IMG/VR virus record: IMGVR_UViG_3300035670_010029 | Source of the DNA: a virus | DNA length: 64,000 bases | Strand: one strand, 5' to 3' | Shown: piece by piece, positions 46,479 through 56,962 of the stretch | Position numbering within the stretch: position 1 is the stretch's first letter | Layout of the letters: each line of letters begins with the position of its first letter | Notes under the pieces: generated by a model | Database searches by the model: none | Told to the model about the DNA's origin: nothing | Seen by the model: the letters and a program-made list of their open reading frames with translations, nothing else | Translations under genes and position numbers: made by a program

Positions 46479-47201
46479 ATGGCAAAAAACAGCAAAGCTC
46501 AGGAAACCGAAAACAAAAATACGGAAGAAACCACAAAAGTAACACCTAATGATTTAGGGTGGACAGATTATGTGTTGTCTTTATTGTCGGACGACGAAAA
46601 AATAGTGGGCAATCCCACAACAGACGGCCTTAGAAGAGTATTTGAAATAGCCTTAAACTGTCACATTGTATCGTCAACAAGCAATGTAATACAAAGTCCC
46701 GACCCGTCAAATGAAAAAAGGGCCACTGTAGTTCACTCTATATCGTACTGTTTAAACGATGCTTCTCTTGAAGCTAAAGGCTTAAATATCGTCTCTATAG
46801 ACGGCTCTGCTGACGTATATTGGGGCAATTGTGACAAAATATATCGTAATCACCCCGTCGCTGTTGCAGAAACCAGAGCAGAAGGTAGAGCTTTGCGTAG
46901 AGCATTAAAGTTGCGTAAAGTAGTAGCAGCAGAAGAATTGGCTAATAATATAGAAGATCATCCAGATGCCAATAGCGTATCTAAAATTAGCAGTAATCAG
47001 ATCAATTTTATGGATGTTTTATCCAAGAGACTTAATATAAATACAATATCCTTATTAAAGGGTCTTGACTTGGAGTTTGACACCATATATAATATATCTC
47101 ATGAGGGTGCTGTTGCGGCTATACAACAATTAACCAAATATCAGCAAGATATATCCTCTATTCCAAATGAACTGATAGGATACCAGGATAACTGGAAATA
47201 A
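46479..47201 (+). CDS. Putative Rad52/Sak-like single-strand annealing protein
   Basis: DGLRR, GSAD, AVAETRAEGRALRRAL, C-terminal ISSNQINF. Confidence 0.6.
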   Translation: MAKNSKAQETENKNTEETTKVTPNDLGWTDYVLSLLSDDEKIVGNPTTDGLRRVFEIALNCHIVSSTSNVIQSPDPSNEKRATVVHSISYCLNDASLEAKGLNIVSIDGSADVYWGNCDKIYRNHPVAVAETRAEGRALRRALKLRKVVAAEELANNIEDHPDANSVSKISSNQINFMDVLSKRLNINTISLLKGLDLEFDTIYNISHEGAVAAIQQLTKYQQDISSIPNELIGYQDNWK

Positions 47202-47203
47202 TT

Positions 47204-47539
47204 ATGAAAGTAATATACAAACCAAATGATAAGCTACAATTTGAATTAGAGGGTTCTGGACAAAAAGAAATTTTTAAAGAATTAGCTATTATTCAAGAAG
47301 TTTTTTCGGAAGAAAAGTGCGGTCTGTGTGGCAGCACAAATTTTAGGTTTGTCGTTAGAAATGTCGATGGAAATGATTATTACGAATTACGATGTCAGGA
47401 CTGTGGAGCTATTCTAGCTTTTGGTCAACATAAAAAAGGTGGCACTCTATTTCCTAAGCGTAAAGACGACAATAATAATTGGCTAGATCACGGCGGTTGG
47501 CACAAATGGCAAAAAGAACACGACAACAAAAAATCATAA
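47204..47539 (+). CDS. Zinc-finger hypothetical protein
   Basis: CGLCG...CQDCG. Confidence 0.75.
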   Translation: MKVIYKPNDKLQFELEGSGQKEIFKELAIIQEVFSEEKCGLCGSTNFRFVVRNVDGNDYYELRCQDCGAILAFGQHKKGGTLFPKRKDDNNNWLDHGGWHKWQKEHDNKKS

Positions 47540-48531
47540 GTTGTTTAGATAAAATAGTATTATACGGATACGACAACGGCATTTGGCCTAGTCTTATTAT
47601 ACATTCTGTTTTACTAACAGTCTTAGCTTTGGTATGTGGTTCTACGGAACCCCCTAAGCCTATTGCAATAGAGCTTTCTTTCACAGACTCAAGCAATGAA
47701 GAACCAATCGAAGATATAGCGGTAGGCATCCTGCCTTCTCTGCAAGAATTGTCTTCTGCGGTAGATGCTTTATCAGGCACACAAAATAAGAATGCTGATG
47801 ATAGTGATAATATTCCATCTATAGATATCGAAAACATCAAAGTTCCTTCGGTAGACGTAGAACAATCGATAACTTATGTGTCAATTACCGATATCGATAG
47901 CCTATTAACAAAAATAGATATTGAAGATGAATCCCTGTCAATCGAAAATACTCAGCAACAAGAATCGTCTCATGTCGCTGTATCTAATAATGATGCAGTA
48001 TCAGCTATCATGGGCTCCCTGCAACAAGGAATAGACAACAATACTAAAATAGTAGGAGCCGCAGCTGCAAGAAATAATAGTTCAGGGGGCGACATAGAAG
48101 GTAGGCTATCTGCGTACGGAGCCAAAACAGGAGATGTTCAAATATCTCTAGCATGGAATACGATAGATGATGTAGATTTACATGTAAAATTTACTCCGGG
48201 TAATGGAATAATAGACAGCATAGACTGGACTAATAGAATTGGTAGACTATCTAATGGTATGTTAGATATTGACATGAACGCTAATAGTACTGCTATATCA
48301 CAATCTCCTGTAGAAAATATTTTTTGGCCCCCTGGCTCATCTCCCAATGGATTTTTTACTGTTTATATCCATTTTTTTAGATCTTGGACAGGAAACCAAA
48401 AAGTACCTGTTGTTGTTAGAATAAAAAACGGAAACAAAATAGAGCAATTCACTGTTATTGCTCAATTATATAGTAATCCTCAGATTGTAAAACAATTCTC
48501 TTATCCTCTCAATAGGACCAAAGGATTTTAG
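47506..48531 (+). CDS. Membrane-anchored YfaP/DUF2135-like protein
   Basis: TM SLIIHSVLLTVLALV, acidic linker, GDVQISLAWNTIDDVDLHV...LDIDMNA...VENIFWP; start uncertain (47479 or 47506). Confidence 0.7.
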   Translation: MAKRTRQQKIISCLDKIVLYGYDNGIWPSLIIHSVLLTVLALVCGSTEPPKPIAIELSFTDSSNEEPIEDIAVGILPSLQELSSAVDALSGTQNKNADDSDNIPSIDIENIKVPSVDVEQSITYVSITDIDSLLTKIDIEDESLSIENTQQQESSHVAVSNNDAVSAIMGSLQQGIDNNTKIVGAAAARNNSSGGDIEGRLSAYGAKTGDVQISLAWNTIDDVDLHVKFTPGNGIIDSIDWTNRIGRLSNGMLDIDMNANSTAISQSPVENIFWPPGSSPNGFFTVYIHFFRSWTGNQKVPVVVRIKNGNKIEQFTVIAQLYSNPQIVKQFSYPLNRTKGF

Positions 48532-48995
48532 CTTTTAATTGGACCCCATTTATTAATCGGACAACTAGCGTCACGATGGGCTAATTTATTTTGATAATTA
48601 GCTTCTCTGACTATTTTACATCCACATAACATACAAGCATTTTCTTTAAAGTGCTCACAACTATTACATATTGTTAATCTGCTGTTTATTTCTTCTTGAG
48701 AACATAAATTATTTTCTTGGTTCTCTTTCTCTTTATCTGCTTGAGCTGCCATTGATCTGGCTATTAGTTCGTTTTCGGCGAATTTAGCTAAATCAACTCC
48801 AGCAGGAATATCTTTATTTTCAGCTACTTGTCCTGTTAGCTGGTTATATGTCATATCTGCTAATTTTTGTTGTTGTTTAAAACACAATATTTTTATTTCA
48901 GGACTATCTAATCCCAGAGTAATACCGCATTCTTTGCACGTATATACTTTTTTATTATTGAACTGCTTACCAGTATATTCAAAATTACAATACAT
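48528..48995 (-). CDS. Cys-rich zinc-binding protein (DUF6171-like C-terminus)
   Basis: CKECG and RLTICNSC...CMLCGC...CPINKW. Confidence 0.7.
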   Translation of the reverse strand: MYCNFEYTGKQFNNKKVYTCKECGITLGLDSPEIKILCFKQQQKLADMTYNQLTGQVAENKDIPAGVDLAKFAENELIARSMAAQADKEKENQENNLCSQEEINSRLTICNSCEHFKENACMLCGCKIVREANYQNKLAHRDASCPINKWGPIKS

Positions 48996-48998
48996 ATT

Positions 48999-51900
48999 TT
49001 ATACCCATACTTTTCCTGTTTTAGCTGATAAAAATTGAGATCTCATATCTTGCGTTGACCAACAATACCAATCCGCAGCAGCACAAGGCATAGGCGGCTC
49101 TTGCCAATTTGGGTCTAATCTGTGTAGGTTATACCTATAATAACTAGATATACCATCAGTACAACCATTGTCTCTAATATAATTTTCAGTTAATACAAAT
49201 GTTGCTGGTATTCTGGGAGGTACTGGATAGAACCATGCATTCCATCCCCACCAATCACCCCATCCTGGTAAAGTAAACCATGATGGGAAACCGAGACTCC
49301 AGCATTGAAATTGCCCAGCTCTATTTATTTGACCGACAAAATCCCAACCGCCACCGTCTGGAGGAGCTTCTGGTAAAGTTAGCGCCGGTATATCCCCTTC
49401 TGGATTTACTGTTGTTTGTCCAGCACAAACTGCTCCCTCTGGCTTTAAAACATCCTGTATTGTTTTTGGCCTAATATATTCATATTCATAGTAAGCTACT
49501 TCTACATTAACATACCATTCTTGTACTTCAACATCTGTTTTCCCAACTGGTCTAGCCTTAAACGATTTGAATGAATAGGTTTTATACTGAGGCATGGAAC
49601 TACAAGAACCAGGGACTATGCCATGCATAATATCTTCTTCTGGTATGTGTACATTTTCCAGGCATCGACCGCCCTGAGAATAACTTTCATCTATAGAAGC
49701 TTTCCATTCATTTAATTGTTCGACAGCTGCTGGTCCTTCGGCCATGGCAGGAACACCAAACTCGCAAATCATTTGACCTAACGGACGATGTGTTCCCTCT
49801 CCTACTGGTTGTCCTCCACAGCCACCCATGAACCATCTGTCCACCGGCACCGCAGCGGGAGTAGACTGCGAGTAACTCATTGATCCTAAACAAGCAAACC
49901 ATTCAAAACCCTCAGAACACTGTTTGCGTAGACTGGATCCAGCACCATAGCACGGAGGACAACAAAAACCACCACCGCCACCAAAACAACAACTATTTCT
50001 ACAAGCTCCTTCTTCGGATTCGTTAGTAGCTCCTATGTTGATCAATGGATTTGGATTAATCTCTCCATATACAAATGTACCAATAATACATTTTCTTTTT
50101 TCTTTTATCGTAGCATAAGTTTGTTTTTGTTCAGGTATATCTATTTTTAATGGAGGTTGATTACAGGGAGAGCATTCCGAGTTAATAGATTCTTGAATAA
50201 CAAAATCAGATGGTAAACTATTGATAGTAATATATGGGCAAGCCCCATTAAAATCTACAATAGCACAGCTAGAGGCCGTACCCTCTTGCGATATAGTTGC
50301 TGGATCGTATGCTGATGATCTTCTCATAACAATCCTAGTATCGGGATAAGTGATGGTTACAGCATAATTATTGTATGTTATAGTACATAAATTTGTTGGA
50401 CATAATGGGTTGTAGGGATCGAATTCTTTGAGTGTCTTTCTATGATAAATATTTTTTACGGTAGCTGGTCTACTTAAGCATTTACGAACAACACATGTTT
50501 CAGTCCAAGGTCCTCCTGGTATATAGTTACCACAATAAGCTCCACATCCTTCACATCCTCCAAAAACATCAATAATTAGATATGAACATCTTGGACAAGC
50601 TCTTGGTCCCCAGCATCCTCTAGCAATACCGGGAGATGCAGGAAATCCACAGTCATAACCAAATGTTTCGTATGTTTCTATTGCTTCTGTTGTAGGGATG
50701 ACTGGATCAAAATGATTTTCTCTATAGGTATGTCCGTATAAAGTAAAGTTATTACGACACACAGAAAAATTATATTGAAAGTCATCTCCTTCTGTTTCTA
50801 CCAATGTTTCTTTACAAGTAGCACATTCTGAGTTTCTATTGCGCCTACAATATGCATATTGAAAATCTTGACATTGATCAAAATTAGCAGTACATCTAGA
50901 GACAGTAGGTCTCGGCTCGTATTGAATACCCGGAGGGAAAATCATGGTTGCTTGATAATTTCCCGGAGTCCATGTTTGTCCAGTGGTCACCGAGACGTCT
51001 TCGCAGGAGTTGTCTGGGGGACCAGACCAACTCTCTCCAGCTTTAACCGCAGAAGCAAAAGAGCCCCAGCTGTAAGTTGCTCTAGTTGTTCGTGATCCAA
51101 CCTTAATAATGGTTTCATTGTCCGAAGATGGTTCGGGGGCGCTGTTATTATTTTCTGTAACTATTAGACTATTTTCTTGATACTTTTCTGTATAAATTTT
51201 TCCATAGATAGGCTGATTATTAAATGTTCCTTGCAAAGCAATGATGGTTTCTGTGTCTGTTTCCTCTCGTACGATGGTAAGGTCTATAATTACTGATCCT
51301 ATAGATATATTAATATTTTTACCAACAGACAATATTCCATCAATAGACAAAGTGCTACTATAAATTAAATTATTAGGAATAATAGAGCGATCATAGTTAT
51401 ATAAAATTTGATCATAAATATCTTTTGCTGTAATTTTAGGTTCACTATAAGACAGCAAATCTCTAATAGTTAATGTTTTATTTTCTTGAAGCAGAATATC
51501 TTTATTGATAGGAATTTTTTCTCCGTGCATTATTCTAAACAATATTTCATTTGCCATATCGTCTGTTTGTTTGATTAATAAAGGATGGTCCTCTACTGTA
51601 GTAAGGTTGGACTGAAATCTACTATCTAGTGTACTAAACCTCAGATTAAGAGGCCTAAGCATATCAGAAGAACAGCTATTTGTTGAATCTAGCCATGAAT
51701 CAGGTTTAATTTCGAATCTTTTTATTGTGGTCACCGATTTTGTGCCAAATGAATTATAGTTTCCAGCATCATAAGATATAATATATGGAATACCATCAGA
51801 CACAGAACGCAACGATAGGGTTCTGTTTTTTGCTATTTTAAATTCCGAGGTCAGATTTACAGATCCTATATTTTTAATTTCGCATGGTTGTTGACCACAT

Positions 51901-54900
51901 ATAGTGGGATCATCGGTGTCGCAATAAATGGGATGACTATAAAAAACTTGTTTTCTAATCTCTGTAGTGGAACCCATATTAGAAGGTAAAAAAGAATTAC
52001 TTGTGGAAGATAGTGTACTTATGCGTGAAGAAGGATTAAAAACTCTATAACAATTAACAGACTCTTCTTCGTCTATTACGGAAGTTTTGTTGGTTTTATT
52101 TAACCAATAAATCGGATCGTCTATACGCAAAGTAGTAGAATAAATTGTTTGAGTAGGAACGAAAGCTGAAACCAGCTCGGTGTCCGAAGGTAAATTGATC
52201 CAAAATTTTCTATCACTACTAGCATTGGGATCAATAAAACTACCCCACTCATAATCATCGGGCAACTCATTATACAACGAAGTTGTTTTGATTGTTCCAG
52301 AAATGGGTTTGGTGGAAGATTTTATTAAGTTATTTAATGAAGATATAATAGGTGAACTACTTGTTGTAGAAAGCAAATTAATATCCATAAAAGGCAGATA
52401 ATTATGATAATTTTCTAAATTAGTACTATAAAATTTATCGCTATAATCAGTATTATATTTTTGATGTATATTGTAATATACTAAATCATTATGATCAATA
52501 GTATATGTAATATTGTTATTAGAAACAAATATCTGATATCTATGTTGATTTTGTAGATGATTATTAACAATCAGTTTATAAAAAGTATTTTTATATGTAG
52601 GAGTAGGATACCAATACGATGCATCAACATTGACGGACGTTAAATCGTCTAATATTTCGCCATCATAATACAAAACATCTCCCCACTTAGTCTTTTGAGG
52701 ACTACTTAGATAAGTATCAGATTCTGATCTTAACCATAATGTAGGAACATATACAGTTAAAGAATACTGTTTTATGATGTTCTCGTCCTGCTCTGCCAAG
52801 AAAAGCAGTAGAGGATCTATCATATTATATCCGCTGCGAACCTTATTTTGTAAAAGAAATTTTGTGTAGACTTGTATCTTGGTCGCTTCGTTACCCGTAA
52901 AGAAACTGGTAACAGATTTATCGAATTTCACTAATAATTCTTTTTTAAGAATAGTATTAGTATCTAATTCTCCTCTATTATTGTATAAAGCTATTTTGCG
53001 ATTAACATTTTTTCTAGAGTTATATACATAGCCCGCTCTATTTGTTGCGCTGTATGGGATATGTAGATCGCTAAAATTATGATACAAATAATTGTAATCT
53101 GTGGCCACATAGGATTCTGGACTAGTTTTATTAGGACCACGATATATCCATCTACGACCATCTCCAAATTGTACGATACTACCAAAAGTTATTTTGTTTT
53201 GGGCTTCTTCGCTCATGGTACCAACGTCATCTAAGGATGCTATTTGAATAGGTATTGAGGGATCAATTTCTGGCACCATAAAATAATATCTTGATCCAGG
53301 AAGAATAATGGTCTTATCACTAGATACTTCAAATTTATCAAATAATATGGGACTAATAGCATTAGTTGAAAAATCAAATTTTGTTGTATGATTGCTAATA
53401 AAATTGAGTGGAACGTGCTGCTTAGGGGATATGGGAATAAATCCGGGAATATTCAAAGAATCTGTTTTATGATGAACATACTCAAACCATGATGGTCTAC
53501 CCACGAACGTATAATTTTGATGTTTGTATCCATACCTATTAGGAATTATCGCATTATACCAATTACCATTAATTTGCAGATAAAGTCTTGGCTTGCGGTG
53601 TCTGTCAAATTGACTAATGTTGTTAAATAAATTTTGAATAGATTCGTCTATGTCACCTACAAGCACGGTCCCCGCATCATAAAAATCATTGTATAAAGGT
53701 TGGTCATAATATATTTTATTATTTTTGATTGGGGACAAACCATGATAAGTAGAGTCTGTGGTTAAACCACTATTGGGATGAAAAAATCCTTTTTGTAGCG
53801 TACCCTGCATTACTGGAGGATCGATACCAAATGCCAATATTTGTTTGCGGGGCCTGTTGATGAAATTTAAACTAACAGTAACTGTTTCGTCTCCTCTAGA
53901 AGTTATTCCAGGATCTCCGTACGATACCGGCTGGCCGAATATATAATCTTGTCCGGAAACCAAATCGCCAGACGGAGGTGCCAATACGTATTTTTCGTCT
54001 TTAGTTAGTTTTTCTAGATATGGATTTTGTAAATAAACAGATAGGGCTGTGGGTATCGTGCTTCCTTTAGGAAAAAAATTTAAAATCTGGTCTTTCCATA
54101 TGGTGTTGTCGCTACTAGCTCCGGCTCCTGATGGAGCAATATTAATTTTAGTAAAAAATCTTTTCCATGCTGGATTATTTCTTGCAGTAAAATAAAAATC
54201 ATTAAAAGTATATAGAGCAAACCTTGCTGCTAGATCTCCGTATTCGCTAACGGAAATCAATACATCCGAATGATCAGTAGAAAATTGTTCTGGTTTTACA
54301 ACCCATTCGCTATTTACATAGTTTTTTAATGATATCGAAATTGATCTTTCACAACCATAGGGCTGGTCTGGAATAATTTTATTCGTTAGTCTTGGTAAAG
54401 AACCCCCTGCCGTTAAAACTCCTTGACCAAATAAGCTATCAAGCTCGGATTGAGAATAACCACCATATTTCCTAAGAGTAGGAGAATTTTTAGTAGAAAG
54501 ACCAGGCAGAAAAACATCAGCATAACCATAAGTATTGCCGTCACAATTGTATGGATGAGCTGAATAATCACTAATATTTAACCCATAACACTTGCACGCG
54601 TTTAGATCCACGGGAAAACGCTTACATGACCAAGAAGAGGTACTAGAAGATTGTAATTTTTCGGCATATAATCCATATATTTTTAGTCCTATGTCCTTGG
54701 TAACAAAAGACAGCTTAGGATTTCCTGGAGTAATAGTGCTATTAAGTCTATCAAATACTGTTAATCCGTCTTTATTACCAAAAGATCTACTGCGAAAAAA
54801 AATACCATTATCTTTATGAAATGCAATAATATCTATGTATGGATTAAAGGCTAGAGCATTATACGATCTTTTTATTCGTAAAGTATCATCAGAAATATAT

Positions 54901-56960
54901 CTTTCTTTTCTATTTCCTGGCGGATTTTGAGAATTATTAAATCTTTTGGCTAGCTCAGTAAAACAAAAATCTCCGTCTCTACATAAAGATAGTTCGGCAT
55001 CGGGCACCAAATAAAACGAAGAATTTTCATCACAGTCGTAACAAAAACTTAACGGATCTTCACTATTTACTATTCTAGGATAACTATCCTCAAACTTAAT
55101 ACAGGTAGCAGACGATGGAACAGACTTGATGCGAGAATTATTGAGATATAGTGTAGAATAATTATTAAAGTCATATTTGGTTACAATAGCGGTATCATTT
55201 GTTACGGCACAGGTTTGCTTGTGTCTAAGCTCATCAAAACACGCCGTAGATAAACTGGTAGTACCTAAAGCAATAGTTTGATCGTAATAAAAATTTTTAT
55301 TGTAATTCCTAGTACCACACGAACGTATTTCTCTGCAATTAATATTTCTAAATTTTGTGTCATTTTTTTTGATAGCTAGATCAAAATCTATGTCCACATA
55401 GAAAGAGTCTGTTTGAGTGGGAATCGTGAAAATTATATCTTGTGAGCTATTTGGAGGAATCCACAGATATGCTCCATATTTATTAACCAGTGTATGAATT
55501 AATTCTTTTTTATTGCTTATGTAATATAGATTACTCACAGAGTCATATTTCGTTGTAACCAACATATCACGATTAAATACATCAATTTGTTGCAGAGCGT
55601 TGTACTGGTAGTTTGTTAAAAAAGAACTTTTGTTAAGATCAACAGTTACCTTATCGTAAGCTGGAGCGGTAGCCAATAAGGCTGCTTGATTAAGTGTTTT
55701 GATAGTATCAACGCCATTTGTAGACAAAAGCGTATTATATATGCTAAAAAACTGAGGATAAATATTGGCTGAAATATACATGAATTCTGAGCCAGACGGG
55801 ATAATGCATGATACCTCGTTATTGTCTACGATTTTTAAACCGGACGGACATCCCTTTATGAAACTACTACTATCTCCTACATCAGGCTCTGGCTCGGGAC
55901 CATCATTGGTTGCAAAAAAAATATCGCCAGGAGAAATATATAAATCTATACCTTTTAAAGGTCTTACATCATTTGGGCGATTAATATCAAAATATCTATA
56001 CCAACCTATAATTCCAGACGTATAATTCCATTTCCAATATGAACCAATTTTGTCATTATTAATATAGATGTTGTTGTATGTTTGTTTGTCGAAACCGTAG
56101 GGAGTTTCCTGAAAACTAGACACAGACGGAATATTTATTCTTTTATTCTGATCATTTGACCCTATTAATCCAGATAGCTTAGGAAATAAAGTTTTATATT
56201 CTGTTTCATAATCAGTATTAAGCTTGGTTAAAATAAAATTACCACATGTTTGACTTTTAAGCTTGGCTTTAGTGAAGGATTTATTGTGTAGGTTTTCGCT
56301 ATCGTGTTGGGTATAAATTTTATTATATGGAATTTCACTAATAGTATCTTTTATTTTCCAGTCTATACATAAATCAGCTCCTGCTATGCTAGATATATTA
56401 TTTTCAGGTATAGTAATAAATTTTTCAAAACCCAGTCCAGCATTAGTACAAGCAGGAAACTCTGACATATATTTAAAATCTAAGAAACCAGAAATATAGC
56501 TATGATTTAATACAGGAATTTTAGGAATGTAATCATCCTTTTTCATACGAATATCACAAGCTCCAGAGCAGCACCCCCCAGCTTTCAAGTCAGCTGATTT
56601 TTCTCCATTAGCATCTACTAAATTCCAAGATTCTATACTAGAACTACCGCAATAATTACAACTAAGATTCGAGTCTTGAAAATCTTCGAACTGAGAATCA
56701 GTAACATTGTTCAAACCAGCGTCACTGCAATTACACGGAGAAAAAGAAGAAGCTGTACCCAAACCAGCCATAATAAGAGGTTCACAATATATAGCATTAG
56801 ACTGACTTGCAGTAATAATAATCGGTTGCCATAGGCCGCTTGTATTGATGTTGTAAGCCCCTATTAGGCTTCTGAGTTTAGAAATATCTATAGATACATT
56901 AGCAGCATCTAAATCAGCATCTAAAACCAAACTTTTATTAAAAATAGCACAATCACTCAT
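48999..56960 (-). CDS. Giant (2653 aa) putative virion/tail protein with Cys/Gly/Trp-rich C-terminal region
   Basis: Uninterrupted ORF; beta-rich, S/T/N-rich; lies in a - strand run of structural-type genes. Confidence 0.75.
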   Translation of the reverse strand: MSDCAIFNKSLVLDADLDAANVSIDISKLRSLIGAYNINTSGLWQPIIITASQSNAIYCEPLIMAGLGTASSFSPCNCSDAGLNNVTDSQFEDFQDSNLSCNYCGSSSIESWNLVDANGEKSADLKAGGCCSGACDIRMKKDDYIPKIPVLNHSYISGFLDFKYMSEFPACTNAGLGFEKFITIPENNISSIAGADLCIDWKIKDTISEIPYNKIYTQHDSENLHNKSFTKAKLKSQTCGNFILTKLNTDYETEYKTLFPKLSGLIGSNDQNKRINIPSVSSFQETPYGFDKQTYNNIYINNDKIGSYWKWNYTSGIIGWYRYFDINRPNDVRPLKGIDLYISPGDIFFATNDGPEPEPDVGDSSSFIKGCPSGLKIVDNNEVSCIIPSGSEFMYISANIYPQFFSIYNTLLSTNGVDTIKTLNQAALLATAPAYDKVTVDLNKSSFLTNYQYNALQQIDVFNRDMLVTTKYDSVSNLYYISNKKELIHTLVNKYGAYLWIPPNSSQDIIFTIPTQTDSFYVDIDFDLAIKKNDTKFRNINCREIRSCGTRNYNKNFYYDQTIALGTTSLSTACFDELRHKQTCAVTNDTAIVTKYDFNNYSTLYLNNSRIKSVPSSATCIKFEDSYPRIVNSEDPLSFCYDCDENSSFYLVPDAELSLCRDGDFCFTELAKRFNNSQNPPGNRKERYISDDTLRIKRSYNALAFNPYIDIIAFHKDNGIFFRSRSFGNKDGLTVFDRLNSTITPGNPKLSFVTKDIGLKIYGLYAEKLQSSSTSSWSCKRFPVDLNACKCYGLNISDYSAHPYNCDGNTYGYADVFLPGLSTKNSPTLRKYGGYSQSELDSLFGQGVLTAGGSLPRLTNKIIPDQPYGCERSISISLKNYVNSEWVVKPEQFSTDHSDVLISVSEYGDLAARFALYTFNDFYFTARNNPAWKRFFTKINIAPSGAGASSDNTIWKDQILNFFPKGSTIPTALSVYLQNPYLEKLTKDEKYVLAPPSGDLVSGQDYIFGQPVSYGDPGITSRGDETVTVSLNFINRPRKQILAFGIDPPVMQGTLQKGFFHPNSGLTTDSTYHGLSPIKNNKIYYDQPLYNDFYDAGTVLVGDIDESIQNLFNNISQFDRHRKPRLYLQINGNWYNAIIPNRYGYKHQNYTFVGRPSWFEYVHHKTDSLNIPGFIPISPKQHVPLNFISNHTTKFDFSTNAISPILFDKFEVSSDKTIILPGSRYYFMVPEIDPSIPIQIASLDDVGTMSEEAQNKITFGSIVQFGDGRRWIYRGPNKTSPESYVATDYNYLYHNFSDLHIPYSATNRAGYVYNSRKNVNRKIALYNNRGELDTNTILKKELLVKFDKSVTSFFTGNEATKIQVYTKFLLQNKVRSGYNMIDPLLLFLAEQDENIIKQYSLTVYVPTLWLRSESDTYLSSPQKTKWGDVLYYDGEILDDLTSVNVDASYWYPTPTYKNTFYKLIVNNHLQNQHRYQIFVSNNNITYTIDHNDLVYYNIHQKYNTDYSDKFYSTNLENYHNYLPFMDINLLSTTSSSPIISSLNNLIKSSTKPISGTIKTTSLYNELPDDYEWGSFIDPNASSDRKFWINLPSDTELVSAFVPTQTIYSTTLRIDDPIYWLNKTNKTSVIDEEESVNCYRVFNPSSRISTLSSTSNSFLPSNMGSTTEIRKQVFYSHPIYCDTDDPTICGQQPCEIKNIGSVNLTSEFKIAKNRTLSLRSVSDGIPYIISYDAGNYNSFGTKSVTTIKRFEIKPDSWLDSTNSCSSDMLRPLNLRFSTLDSRFQSNLTTVEDHPLLIKQTDDMANEILFRIMHGEKIPINKDILLQENKTLTIRDLLSYSEPKITAKDIYDQILYNYDRSIIPNNLIYSSTLSIDGILSVGKNINISIGSVIIDLTIVREETDTETIIALQGTFNNQPIYGKIYTEKYQENSLIVTENNNSAPEPSSDNETIIKVGSRTTRATYSWGSFASAVKAGESWSGPPDNSCEDVSVTTGQTWTPGNYQATMIFPPGIQYEPRPTVSRCTANFDQCQDFQYAYCRRNRNSECATCKETLVETEGDDFQYNFSVCRNNFTLYGHTYRENHFDPVIPTTEAIETYETFGYDCGFPASPGIARGCWGPRACPRCSYLIIDVFGGCEGCGAYCGNYIPGGPWTETCVVRKCLSRPATVKNIYHRKTLKEFDPYNPLCPTNLCTITYNNYAVTITYPDTRIVMRRSSAYDPATISQEGTASSCAIVDFNGACPYITINSLPSDFVIQESINSECSPCNQPPLKIDIPEQKQTYATIKEKRKCIIGTFVYGEINPNPLINIGATNESEEGACRNSCCFGGGGGFCCPPCYGAGSSLRKQCSEGFEWFACLGSMSYSQSTPAAVPVDRWFMGGCGGQPVGEGTHRPLGQMICEFGVPAMAEGPAAVEQLNEWKASIDESYSQGGRCLENVHIPEEDIMHGIVPGSCSSMPQYKTYSFKSFKARPVGKTDVEVQEWYVNVEVAYYEYEYIRPKTIQDVLKPEGAVCAGQTTVNPEGDIPALTLPEAPPDGGGWDFVGQINRAGQFQCWSLGFPSWFTLPGWGDWWGWNAWFYPVPPRIPATFVLTENYIRDNGCTDGISSYYRYNLHRLDPNWQEPPMPCAAADWYCWSTQDMRSQFLSAKTGKVWV

Positions 56961-56962
56961 TG

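Noticed and set aside
47454-47840. 128-aa antisense ORF, representative of the many 60-130 aa antisense/alternate-frame ORFs in the track
   Set aside because: They lie within longer motif-bearing genes, oppose the local strand bias and have no recognisable features.
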